64,000 nucleotides of DNA from an uncultured Alphaproteobacteria bacterium. GTDB lineage: Bacteria; Pseudomonadota; Alphaproteobacteria; CAAGCB01; CAG-977. Both the position numbers and the translations under genes were made by a program. The DNA is taken from assembly GCA_937912005.1 (NCBI GenBank), contig CALDOX010000015.1, positions 180,303-244,302 on the forward strand. Reading direction: 5' to 3'. Each line of letters begins with the position of its first letter. Within the stretch, counting starts at the first letter, position 1. This document shows, one piece after another, positions 48,219-57,261 of the stretch. The notes beneath the pieces are model-generated. The model ran no database searches. It was given only the letters and a program-made list of their open reading frames with translations, and had not been told where the DNA came from.

Positions 48219-48384
48219 AAGAGTTGCTTTTAAATCCGGCCCGATCCGCGGAATTGAACAAAGTGCGTCATATCCTTTTTGATGCTTGCTTTTTCATAGA
48301 TTTTTTTGTACTCTGTTTCGTGATAAGAATGCTCATGGGAGGTTCTTTGAAAGACAGAGATGTCATGTTGCTTAATGAAAGGAT

Positions 48385-49251
48385 ATGACGATGACAACAG
48401 CTTTTTTACCAGTCGTTCAAAACGGCATACAATCTTATTTGGCGTCAATCAGACGCATTCCCGTTTTATCTGCCGAAGAAGAATATATGCTGGCGAATCG
48501 GTTTCGCAATCATGGCGACTTGTCCGCAGCAAAAAAACTGATTTCGGCACATCTGCGGTTGGCTGCTAAAGTCGCCTTTTCCTATCGGTTCTACGGCCTG
48601 CCTATGGAGGATTTGATTTCCGAAGCCAATATCGGCCTGATGCAGGCGGTCAAACGCTTTGAACCGGATAAAGGCAACAGGCTTTCCACCTATGCGGTTT
48701 GGTGGATTAAAGCCGCCGTCAACGAATTTATTTTAAAATCCTGGTCTTTAGTGCGGATCGGCACAATCGCGGCACAAAAGCGGTTGTTTTACAATCTGCG
48801 CAAAATCAAAGCGAAACTGGGACTTTACGACAATACGTCGTTAGATCAGGAAAGCATCAAAGAAATATCGCAAAACCTGAATGTGCCCGAAGAAGATGTC
48901 GCGGAAATGGATATCCGTTTAAACGGAGACGTTTCTTTAAACACGCCTGTTTATGAGGACGGCTATGCCGAAAAACAGGACTTTTTAAGCGATGACCACA
49001 ACATTGAAGAATCGCTGGCCGAACATCAGGAAAGCACGATGCGCCTGCAGCTGCTGGCGCAGGCGATGGGCAAACTGAACGATCGCGAACGTGCGATTAT
49101 CCGGGCGCGCAAACTGTCCGAAACACCGGATACATTGGATGCTTTAGGCGAACGTCTGGGCATTTCCCGCGAACGCGTGCGTCAAATTGAAAACCGCGCC
49201 GTTGAAAAAATGACACAGTTTATTCAGTCCCGCGCGGGTGCGCTCGTTTAA
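48385..49251 (+). CDS. rpoH: RNA polymerase sigma-32 factor RpoH.
   Basis: 288 aa with sigma-70 regions 2-4. The RpoH box-like segment and an alphaproteobacterial RpoH-style N-terminus (SYLASIRRIPVLSAEEEYMLA). Confidence 0.9.
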   Translation: MTMTTAFLPVVQNGIQSYLASIRRIPVLSAEEEYMLANRFRNHGDLSAAKKLISAHLRLAAKVAFSYRFYGLPMEDLISEANIGLMQAVKRFEPDKGNRLSTYAVWWIKAAVNEFILKSWSLVRIGTIAAQKRLFYNLRKIKAKLGLYDNTSLDQESIKEISQNLNVPEEDVAEMDIRLNGDVSLNTPVYEDGYAEKQDFLSDDHNIEESLAEHQESTMRLQLLAQAMGKLNDRERAIIRARKLSETPDTLDALGERLGISRERVRQIENRAVEKMTQFIQSRAGALV

Positions 49252-49267
49252 ATTTCTTTCGATAAAA

Positions 49268-49295
49268 AAGGCGGCAGAAATGCCGCCTTTTTTTC
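49268..49295. terminator. Bidirectional rho-independent terminator between rpoH and aas.
   Basis: aaggcggca-gaaa-tgccgcctt followed by a T-run. It lies between convergent genes. Confidence 0.6.
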
Positions 49296-49301
49296 TTATT
49301 C

Positions 49302-52300
49302 TTATGCTTCCTGTTCTTCCGCTAATTTAGCCGCAGTAATGTAATCAAACTTGCCCGACCCCAAAACAGGCGGTTCTTTGACATAAATAAACTTGGACGG
49401 AGATCCGAGTTCGTTAAAGCCTTGATCTTTAATATAAGCTCTGATTTCAGACAGATCCGCATCCTGTTTCGTCGTAATCAAAACCAGCTTTTCACCCTTC
49501 TTCGGATCGGGAACGGAAACAAGTCCTTGCACCGCATCGGGATAAAGTTTTGACAACAACTGTTCTATCGCCGTCAAAGAAACCATTTCACCGCCGATCT
49601 TGGCGAAGCGTTTAGCGCGTCCCTGAATAAAAACAAAACCGTCTTTGTCAATCGTGACGATATCGCCCGTATCGTGCCATCCGTCTTTTGGCGGAATCAA
49701 AACACCCGGATTATCGGCTTTCATATAGCCCTGCATCACATTATCTCCGGAAACCAACAGCTTGGCTCCTTCTTTAATACCGGGAACTTCTTCCAATTTA
49801 GCCGCCATTTTTGGCAACAAGCGGCCGACGGAACCTTCACGAATATACATCGGCGTGTTTAAAGAAATAACCGGAGCCGTTTCCGTCGCGCCGTATCCTT
49901 CTAAAATACGGACGCCGAATTTGCGCATCCACAATTCGGACGTGCTCGGCTTCAACTTTTCGGCACCGACAATCGCATAACGCAGCGCAAAGAAATCGTA
50001 GGGGTGAGCCATTGCGCCATACCCCGCGAAGAACGTGTCCGTTCCGCACAAAACCGTCGCGTTTGTTTCATAAACCAATTCCGGCACAATACGATAATGC
50101 AGCGGAGACGGATAAAAGAATGTTCGTATCCCGGATAAAAGCGTTAAAATAGTGCCGACCCCCAAACCGAATGCATGGAACATCGGCAGCGCATTGAAAA
50201 ACACGTCAGCGGAAGTGATCGCAATCACGCTCAGCGCCTGATAACGGTTCGCTTGGAAATTCCGATGAGACAGCAGCACGGCTTTCGGCATACCTTCCGA
50301 TCCGGAAGTAAACATAATCGCCGCCGTATGGTCGGGGCCATTTTTCGGCTTCTTTGAAGTCAGATACGCCAATATTCCTTTCAGTTTATCCTCAAACAAA
50401 ACTTCCGAAGCGAAATCTTCCAGATAAACGACTTTGATGCCGTTTTCCTTTAAAGCTTCTTCCAGTTTTTCCAAATGAGCGTTTTCAATAAATTTCCTTG
50501 ATGTCAGAACGGTTTTCAGCTGCACCGTCTTCACACAGGAAACCACCTGCGCCACGCCGGTGGAAAAGTTCAGCATAGCCGGCACTTTATCAATGCTTTG
50601 CAAAGCGAAAAACGACACAACATTCGCTAAAACGTTCGGCAATAAAAGCCCCAGCCGTTCTTCGTCTTCAAAACAGCGCTCCATAGCTTTGCCCAAGACA
50701 TAGCTTTTCAAAATCAATGTCTTGTATTTAATCGGTTTTCGACTGACATCTTCCGCAATGATATGATTTTTGCCGTTGACCTTCGACGCGTTCAGCAACG
50801 AAACAAACAGATTTTCGTTAATCTTGGAAGATTCGTAAAGCATATCCGTCATCATATCGTAAAGCTGATTGGATATTTCGTGATTACGCTGACGACTTGT
50901 CCAGGACGGATCTATGTCAAACTTTCTGGGCGGCAGAATGTTCATAATGATTTTGGGGAAATAACGCGTTTTCACGCGGTCTTTCAGCAAAGAAAACTTG
51001 GAATACTGCGCCCCGTTGATACGAACGGGCAAAATATTGGCGTTCGCTTTTTCGGCAACCAGCCCCGCCCCTTCATAGACTTTCATCAATGCGCCCGTCA
51101 CGCTGATCCGGCGTTCGGGAAAGATCATCACTTTATTGTTTTTCTTGATCAAATCGACCAAAGAACGGATCGACAGCGGATTGTTCAAATCCAACGGATA
51201 CAGATCAATCATCAGGCTGAACAGTTTTGCAAACCATTTGTTTTCCCATTCCGGCTTAATCACAAAAGTGATTTTTTCAGGCATAAACGCCGCTATCAAC
51301 AAACCGTCCAGCAATGATGTATGATTGGCCACGATTAAAACGCGCTTGCCGGCCGCTTGGAAATTGGGTAATCCTTTGACCGTTACGCGGTAGAAAAATT
51401 CCAAAATCGTTTGAACGATCGACCGCAATAAAGCCGCGGGCAAAACGGAACAGTTATAAACAGACACGATAAAACTGGCAATTCCGGCGAATAAGAACAA
51501 AGCCGCGATACTTAAACCGGCATGACGCGCCGCGATAAAAATCAGCGCCATTAATGCGATCCCTGCCGCATTAATCAAATTGCCGGCGGCAAAAACGGTG
51601 GCTCTGTTCGCATCCGAAGCTTTGCTGCGGATCAATGCCGTTAAAGGGATAACATACATACCGCATGAAAACCCCGATAAAAACAGAAAAACGGAAAAAA
51701 AGATCACGCGCGGACGCAAAACAAATTCCGCAAACGAAGCCGTTTGAACCGGAGCTGCATATTCCGCCGTCAGGAAAAAAAGCATCATAAAGCAAATGCC
51801 CATTCCGATTGTACTGATCGGCACAAAAGTCGTATGCGCTATTCCTTTTAACAGCCGATGACAGTACATCGCTCCGGTGCCGACACCGGCCGCGTATAAG
51901 AGCAGCTGGAAAGCAACGGCAAAATTATCCGCATGAAAGACCTGTTCCGTCAACGGATAAACCTGCATAATCATCAGCAACCCGATGGACCAAAACCATG
52001 TTGTCCCCAATATGCTGCGGAAAATCAAAGGATACTTGCGCACAGTCCGCAAAGTTTTCCATATCCCGATCAGCATATCTTTCGGTGAATTGCTGCTGTT
52101 TTTTTCTTCCTGCTCATCTTTTATCGCATCGGCGGAAGAACGCCATGTCAAAAAGAACCCGATAACGGAAAAAACGATCAAAAAGGCGGCAGCCACTCTG
52201 ACGGGCACCAAAGTTCCGAGCAGCAACGCCGCTACGATACTGATATACGTTGTCTTTTCGATATACGCGTTTCCGGCCGTCAGATCACTTTCTTCCAGCT

Positions 52301-52673
52301 GATCGGGCTGAAAAGCGTAACGTATCGGTCCTAAAAAAGCGGACAGCGCCCCATATAAGAACGGCAGAAGAATCAACAAGCCGATGTTTTTCGTCAATAA
52401 AACGCTTCCGGCCAACAGCATTAAAGCCAATTCCGTTAAATTCAACGACAAGGAAGTTTTGATTCTGTTATATTTTTTCGCCAGTTGGGTTGCTCTGGCA
52501 GAAAATAAAAAGAACGGCAGAATCAACATACCGGCAACAATGTTATACGGATCGTCCGTCTGCTGTGTAATCCGGACGGCTATCATCGTTAACAAAGTAA
52601 TCCGGAACAAATTATTGGTCAGCGCCGAAATGATATGGGAAAATATCTCTGAACTTAACTTAGGCAGCGGCAT
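49302..52673 (-). CDS. aas: Fused lysophospholipid transporter LplT (MFS), 2-acylglycerophosphoethanolamine acyltransferase and acyl-ACP synthetase (Aas).
   Basis: 1123 aa. An N-terminal 12-TM MFS region, a central PlsC-type acyltransferase with the HXXXXD motif (VANHTSLLDG), and a C-terminal AMP-binding domain (TSGSEGMPKAV...GYGATE). Confidence 0.85.
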   Translation of the reverse strand: MPLPKLSSEIFSHIISALTNNLFRITLLTMIAVRITQQTDDPYNIVAGMLILPFFLFSARATQLAKKYNRIKTSLSLNLTELALMLLAGSVLLTKNIGLLILLPFLYGALSAFLGPIRYAFQPDQLEESDLTAGNAYIEKTTYISIVAALLLGTLVPVRVAAAFLIVFSVIGFFLTWRSSADAIKDEQEEKNSSNSPKDMLIGIWKTLRTVRKYPLIFRSILGTTWFWSIGLLMIMQVYPLTEQVFHADNFAVAFQLLLYAAGVGTGAMYCHRLLKGIAHTTFVPISTIGMGICFMMLFFLTAEYAAPVQTASFAEFVLRPRVIFFSVFLFLSGFSCGMYVIPLTALIRSKASDANRATVFAAGNLINAAGIALMALIFIAARHAGLSIAALFLFAGIASFIVSVYNCSVLPAALLRSIVQTILEFFYRVTVKGLPNFQAAGKRVLIVANHTSLLDGLLIAAFMPEKITFVIKPEWENKWFAKLFSLMIDLYPLDLNNPLSIRSLVDLIKKNNKVMIFPERRISVTGALMKVYEGAGLVAEKANANILPVRINGAQYSKFSLLKDRVKTRYFPKIIMNILPPRKFDIDPSWTSRQRNHEISNQLYDMMTDMLYESSKINENLFVSLLNASKVNGKNHIIAEDVSRKPIKYKTLILKSYVLGKAMERCFEDEERLGLLLPNVLANVVSFFALQSIDKVPAMLNFSTGVAQVVSCVKTVQLKTVLTSRKFIENAHLEKLEEALKENGIKVVYLEDFASEVLFEDKLKGILAYLTSKKPKNGPDHTAAIMFTSGSEGMPKAVLLSHRNFQANRYQALSVIAITSADVFFNALPMFHAFGLGVGTILTLLSGIRTFFYPSPLHYRIVPELVYETNATVLCGTDTFFAGYGAMAHPYDFFALRYAIVGAEKLKPSTSELWMRKFGVRILEGYGATETAPVISLNTPMYIREGSVGRLLPKMAAKLEEVPGIKEGAKLLVSGDNVMQGYMKADNPGVLIPPKDGWHDTGDIVTIDKDGFVFIQGRAKRFAKIGGEMVSLTAIEQLLSKLYPDAVQGLVSVPDPKKGEKLVLITTKQDADLSEIRAYIKDQGFNELGSPSKFIYVKEPPVLGSGKFDYITAAKLAEEQEA

Positions 52674-52896
52674 AGAAGCTCCTTATAAAAAATATACTTT
52701 CGTATTAATATTGTCTTTTTGCCCTGCTTTGTCCATAGGATTTTCCAAAAAATCGGTCAGATCAAAGAACCGTTGACATAATGAAGCTTTTTTGATAGAA
52801 AAATTGATCTTTCATTTTAACGGAGGTCTGAAGCGATGCAAAAATAAACAAACATTTCCGATCTTTTTGTTTGTTTTATTTATTGCGGAGGGCTTT

Positions 52897-54477
52897 ATGA
52901 CCGAAAATTTTCTTTCGTTTAACCATGTTTCTTATATTCTGCCGAACGGTGAAAAGCTGTTGTCGGACATTTCTTTTCATATCGGGTTCGATGAAAAAGC
53001 GGCTCTGATCGGCGCGAACGGGTCGGGAAAAACGACGCTGTTCCGTTTGGCCGAAAGGGTTCTTTTTCCGAACAGCGGCTCGATCAACTGCAATGAAACG
53101 CCCGCTTTTCTGCCACAGCATTTCAATCCGAACCAAACCGTTAAAGACGCTTTGGGCGTGGCGCGGATACTGGACGCGCTGGAACGCGTCGAAAACGGCG
53201 ACGGTTCGGCGGAGCTGTTTGATGTGATCGGACAGCGTTGGGATATTCGGTCGGAAACGCAAAAAGCTTTGGCGGATTTTAATTTAAGTCATATTGATTT
53301 AAACGCTTCTTTTGCGAATTTAAGCGGCGGAGAACGTGAAAAAATTCTGCTGTTGAGAATATTTCTTTCTTCTTCAAATATTTTAATGTTTGACGAACCG
53401 ACGAACAATCTGGATGAAGCGGCCAGAAATGCCTTCTATGATTATATTTCTTCAACGCCGAAAACAGTTTTGATCATTTCGCACGACCGGACTTTGTTGG
53501 AGAAAATGACCTGCTTATACGAATTGGCTGACGGAAAAATAAAAAAATACGGAGGAAATTACAGCTTTTATCAAGAAGCCAAAGCGAACGAAAAAGAACG
53601 TTTGGAAGACCAAAAATCCCGATTGGAAAGCCAAACCGCCAAACTATCCGGAGGACAGCGCGCCATTGAAGAATCCACAGGCAAGAAAAACCGCGCGGCC
53701 GAAAAACGCATCGAAAACAAAAAATACACTAAGATGCAAGCCAATTCGATGAAATCCGCCGCGCAGGAATCCAAAGCCAAGAAAATCAAAAAAATCGAGG
53801 AAAAACTGTCGCAGTCTCAAGAGGAATTAACTTCCGTCAAACTGGCTTTAAGGAATGAACAAATCAAAATCCCGATGCCCGAAAAGCCGTTTTTAAAAGA
53901 CAAGGTTCTGGAGCTGTCCGACGTGTCTTTCCGCTTCGGCGACAGAACGCTGTTTTCCGGCCTGAACCTGATTTTGAAAGGCGGGGAACGTCTGCTGATA
54001 AAAGGAGCGAACGGAGCGGGAAAAACGACCTTATTACGTTTGATTCTGGGACAAACGCCACCGACGGCGGGACAGGTTTTCCTATACGGGAAAGCCGCTT
54101 ATCTGTCGCAAAATCTGGAAATGCCGATCGAGGACGGAACCATACTGGACAACATTTTAAAAATGGCGCCCGAAGCTTCCGTCAACGAAGCTTATGCCGC
54201 TGCCGCGAACTTTCTGTTCAGGAACAAAGACGCCTTAAAAACCGTTTCGACGCTCAGCGGCGGGGAAAGGCTGAAAGCCGCTTTAGCCGCCGTTCTGGGA
54301 ACGAAAAATCAACCGGATTTGCTGATTTTGGACGAGCCGACCAATAACCTGGACATCCGTTCAACAGAAATATTGGAAACTGCCTTAAAAGCGTATCGGG
54401 GAGCACTGATTTTGGTGTCCCACGACCAAGTGTTTACGGAAAATATCGGCGGATTTCACATCTTAGAATTATCGTAA
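52897..54477 (+). CDS. ABC-F family ATPase (two tandem ABC domains, no TM domain).
   Basis: Two Walker A motifs (GANGSGKTT; GANGAGKTT) and two LSGGE signature motifs, separated by a Lys/Glu-rich linker. The start was chosen at MTENFLSF after GGAGGG. Confidence 0.8.
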   Translation: MTENFLSFNHVSYILPNGEKLLSDISFHIGFDEKAALIGANGSGKTTLFRLAERVLFPNSGSINCNETPAFLPQHFNPNQTVKDALGVARILDALERVENGDGSAELFDVIGQRWDIRSETQKALADFNLSHIDLNASFANLSGGEREKILLLRIFLSSSNILMFDEPTNNLDEAARNAFYDYISSTPKTVLIISHDRTLLEKMTCLYELADGKIKKYGGNYSFYQEAKANEKERLEDQKSRLESQTAKLSGGQRAIEESTGKKNRAAEKRIENKKYTKMQANSMKSAAQESKAKKIKKIEEKLSQSQEELTSVKLALRNEQIKIPMPEKPFLKDKVLELSDVSFRFGDRTLFSGLNLILKGGERLLIKGANGAGKTTLLRLILGQTPPTAGQVFLYGKAAYLSQNLEMPIEDGTILDNILKMAPEASVNEAYAAAANFLFRNKDALKTVSTLSGGERLKAALAAVLGTKNQPDLLILDEPTNNLDIRSTEILETALKAYRGALILVSHDQVFTENIGGFHILELS

Positions 54478-54635
54478 TGCGACACAGAGTTCACCGGCAA
54501 GCGTCCGTATTGCGGATTGCGTATCCTGCCAAAACGACAAAAACAATAGTGGTTGTTTGCCTCTCTTGTTCTGCTCATCAAAGACCGCGCCACTGGCGCG
54601 GACTTTAAGATGTTGCTGAAATAATCAACCAACAA

Positions 54636-54665
54636 AAGAGCCGCTCGAAAGAGCGGCTTTTTTTA
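54636..54665. terminator. Rho-independent terminator between the convergent ABC-F and zinc-ribbon/DUF805 genes.
   Basis: gagccgctc-gaaa-gagcggctt followed by TTTTTTT. Confidence 0.6.
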
Positions 54666-54667
54666 TG

Positions 54668-55426
54668 TTATCCCTTTGATAAAACGGCTATAATTGCAGA
54701 TATTATCAGTCCGAAAATAAAAATCAAAAAAAAGTCGCTAACGGTAAATTTTTCTGCTTTTTCTTTTTCAACATCTTCTTCACGTTCTTCTGTTTCATCA
54801 TTTGTTTTTCCATAATCTGATGCATCTTCGTTCTGTTCCTTAAATTTTTCTCCTTGTAGAAACAAAATACAGGCTTGATAATAAATCAATACGAGTGCCG
54901 CTATAATGTTAATCCCTTTTTCTCTGATAAATAAACCGCAGATCGGCGGAATCAGCATTACCCACAACGTAACATTTAAGTCTTTCAGTCTTTTTATATA
55001 TGATGACGCCAGCAACCAAATAAAGGCGACGGTTAACGGAACAACAACAAGTTTATAAATTTCAGGAACAGCCGTACACGGAACAACGATCGCAAAAAGC
55101 GCAATATAAACAATCACCCGCGCATAAAAATATTCCAATCGGGAATATGTACCGTCAAAAGAAAAATATTCCTTAAGGTCTTTTGAAAAGAACTTTCGAA
55201 ACATTTTCGGGAAACTGACAATTCCGTTTTCACAGTTCGAATAATCATAGTCGCCGTAATTTTCTTCTTCTGTTGTACCTTCATACGACGTCCATTCCGT
55301 CTCTTTCTCTTTTTCAATATCACCGACAGGCGTTCCGCAATACATACAAAAGTTTGCGCCCTGACGAATTTCTTTTCCGCAATTTGAACAAAACATCTTA
55401 TTTTTCCTCTTTGCTATGATCTTCAA
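54668..55426 (-). CDS. Zinc-ribbon plus DUF805-like integral membrane protein.
   Basis: N-terminal CSNCGKEIRQGANFCMYCG zinc ribbon, then RLEYFYARVIVYIALF, three or four TM helices and an acidic tail. The locus is about 35% GC. Confidence 0.55.
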   Translation of the reverse strand: MKIIAKRKNKMFCSNCGKEIRQGANFCMYCGTPVGDIEKEKETEWTSYEGTTEEENYGDYDYSNCENGIVSFPKMFRKFFSKDLKEYFSFDGTYSRLEYFYARVIVYIALFAIVVPCTAVPEIYKLVVVPLTVAFIWLLASSYIKRLKDLNVTLWVMLIPPICGLFIREKGINIIAALVLIYYQACILFLQGEKFKEQNEDASDYGKTNDETEEREEDVEKEKAEKFTVSDFFLIFIFGLIISAIIAVLSKG

Positions 55427-55997
55427 TCGCCTGATATTTTTCCGCTGCCGGTAATTTGGCGTTGTCTTTATCTTCCGGAGTCAGCGCGGCACATAAAGTT
55501 GTAGCCGCTGTTATTGCGTTTGTTGCCGTTATTCCCGCCTGCATACCGCCTCCCAATGCGGCCAGACCGCTTGTAGTTGCCGCCGCACCTGCCGTTCCCG
55601 TCGCTGACAAAGACGATACGACGCCGGCAGCGGCAACATTACCGATTGCAAATCCGACAGCGGCTTTCCCGATAAATTTCCCGCATTTTTCGGCTGTTTC
55701 AACGGTTTCCGGAGAAACGTCGCAAAACTCGCATACTTTTTTAGCCGCCAATCCGGTAGCGTCACCCGCTAAAACAATCGTTCCGTCAATAGCGGTTTCT
55801 GCAAAATCAGATACGGGAACGGACACGCCTTCTATAGTTGACGATATTTGATCGCTTACCTTTTGAAGCGATTTTTTTGTTTTAGCGTCATCTATAAAAC
55901 TGGCCGCCACATAAAATGCCGCTTTTTGGGCCGCATCAACGGAAACGGATGATAATTTAATGATATTTTTTGCTATTTTTCCGAATGTAAAAGCCAT
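55398..55997 (-). CDS. Hypothetical Gly/Ala/Thr-rich protein with glycine-zipper-like segments.
   Basis: 199 aa. The C-terminal half has GxxxG/AxxxA repeats (GFAIGNVAAAGVVSSLSATGTAGAAATTSGLAALGGGMQAGI). It overlaps the downstream gene by 29 nt. Confidence 0.45.
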   Translation of the reverse strand: MAFTFGKIAKNIIKLSSVSVDAAQKAAFYVAASFIDDAKTKKSLQKVSDQISSTIEGVSVPVSDFAETAIDGTIVLAGDATGLAAKKVCEFCDVSPETVETAEKCGKFIGKAAVGFAIGNVAAAGVVSSLSATGTAGAAATTSGLAALGGGMQAGITATNAITAATTLCAALTPEDKDNAKLPAAEKYQAIEDHSKEEK

Positions 55998-56292
55998 AAT
56001 GTTTCCCCATAGCCGAATAAAAAAAGACCGCCTTTCAGCGGTCGGGGAGTAGAAAAATCAGCTATACTTGATCCTTTTGACCTTTAAAGCCTGTCAATAC
56101 AAATCGGGGCTTCTGAACATACGTCAAAAGCTCCCCGAACCATCAATAAAGACAGTCGGGGATACTTTTCGTGTTTGCCATAAGCAAAACGAATAACGGC
56201 GCATCTCTGCACCGGTATAGCTAAAGAGTTTTTCTAGAACTCCGCACCCGCTAAGGCACTTTATCGACAACCCGATGTTGCCGATACAGAAA

Positions 56293-56322
56293 CAGAATGC
56301 CATTCTGTTGCTTTTTTTTCAA
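56293..56322 (+). terminator. Plus-strand rho-independent terminator in the intergenic region (orphan; possible 3' end of an sRNA).
   Basis: aacagaatg-c-cattctgtt perfect 9-bp stem followed by gcTTTTTTTT. There is no upstream plus-strand ORF. Confidence 0.4.
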
Positions 56323-56373
56323 GAAAGAAAAGACTGAACGGCTGTTTTCCCGTGATCTGTATTATATAAAAAA

Positions 56374-56399
56374 GCTCCCGATTTCTCGGGAGCTTTTTT
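56374..56399. terminator. Rho-independent terminator immediately downstream of ctrA.
   Basis: aaaaagctcccga-ttt-ctcgggagctttttt; A/T runs flank it on both sides. Confidence 0.6.
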
Positions 56400-57086
56400 C
56401 TAACCTTCTTTTTTCGGTTCGCGCAAAACGTAGCCGCGTCCCCAAACGGTTTCGATATAATCGTCCCCGCCGGTCGCTTCGGCGATTTTTTTGCGCAATT
56501 TGCAGATGAACACGTCAATAATCTTCAATTCCGGTTCGTCCATACCATTATACAGATGATTCAGGAATTGTTCCTTGGACAGTGTCGTTCCTTTCGACAG
56601 CGACAAACGTTCCAGAATACCGTATTCGCGGCCGGTCAGATGCAGCGGCTTGCCGTTGACGAACGCTGTTCTGGTATCCAGATTGACTTCGATCGCTCCG
56701 GTACGGATAACCGATTCCGGATGACCTTTCGACCGGCGAACCAAAGCGCGGATACGAGCGACTAATTCCGCCTTGTCAAACGGTTTCGTCAGATAATCGT
56801 CCGCACCGGTGGACAATCCCTTAACCTTTTTATCCGCGCCGGACAAACCGGACAGAATCAAAACAGGCGTGCTGATTTTAGATGCGCGCAGCCGCTTTAA
56901 CACTTCATATCCGTCCATATCCGGCAGCATTAAGTCTAAAATGATGATGTCGTAATCGTACAGCTTGCCGATTTCCAAACCGTCTTCACCCAAAACGGTC
57001 GGATCAACAACCATTCCTTCCTTATGCAGGACGGCTTCGATCGTCTGAGCCATCGCCTTGTCATCTTCAACCAATAAAACGCGCAT
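56400..57086 (-). CDS. ctrA: Cell-cycle response regulator CtrA (OmpR family).
   Basis: 228 aa, near-collinear with Caulobacter Ctr[10 protein letters not shown]..., D51 in [17 protein letters not shown], and a C-terminal [15 protein letters not shown]...[11 protein letters not shown]. Confidence 0.9.
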   Translation of the reverse strand: MRVLLVEDDKAMAQTIEAVLHKEGMVVDPTVLGEDGLEIGKLYDYDIIILDLMLPDMDGYEVLKRLRASKISTPVLILSGLSGADKKVKGLSTGADDYLTKPFDKAELVARIRALVRRSKGHPESVIRTGAIEVNLDTRTAFVNGKPLHLTGREYGILERLSLSKGTTLSKEQFLNHLYNGMDEPELKIIDVFICKLRKKIAEATGGDDYIETVWGRGYVLREPKKEG

Positions 57087-57116
57087 AGAATCACCCTTAT
57101 TCGAGGAAAAATAAAA

Positions 57117-57132
57117 TTAACTTCTTATTAAC
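57117..57132. promoter_or_regulatory. CtrA box (TTAA-N7-TTAAC) in the divergent ctrA/fliI intergenic region.
   Basis: TTAActtcttaTTAAC lies about 30 nt upstream of the ctrA ATG on the opposite strand and about 130 nt upstream of fliI. Confidence 0.55.
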
Positions 57133-57261
57133 TTTATGTTGTATGAATCTCAGATGCAAGCCTATATTTCAATGAAAAATAATTTTTTTTATTTTTTTGA
57201 TAAAAGGGCGACAAAGCATCAAGGAAAGATTATATTATAAATACAGCTTCGGGAATAAAGA

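Noticed and set aside
56053-56292. Possible tmRNA/6S/SRP RNA in the ctrA-proximal intergenic region
   Set aside because: I found no tag-peptide reading frame ending in Ala-Ala-stop, no tRNA-like T-arm (GGTTCGA-TCC) or CCA end, and no SRP domain IV motif. It is kept only as a generic sRNA candidate.
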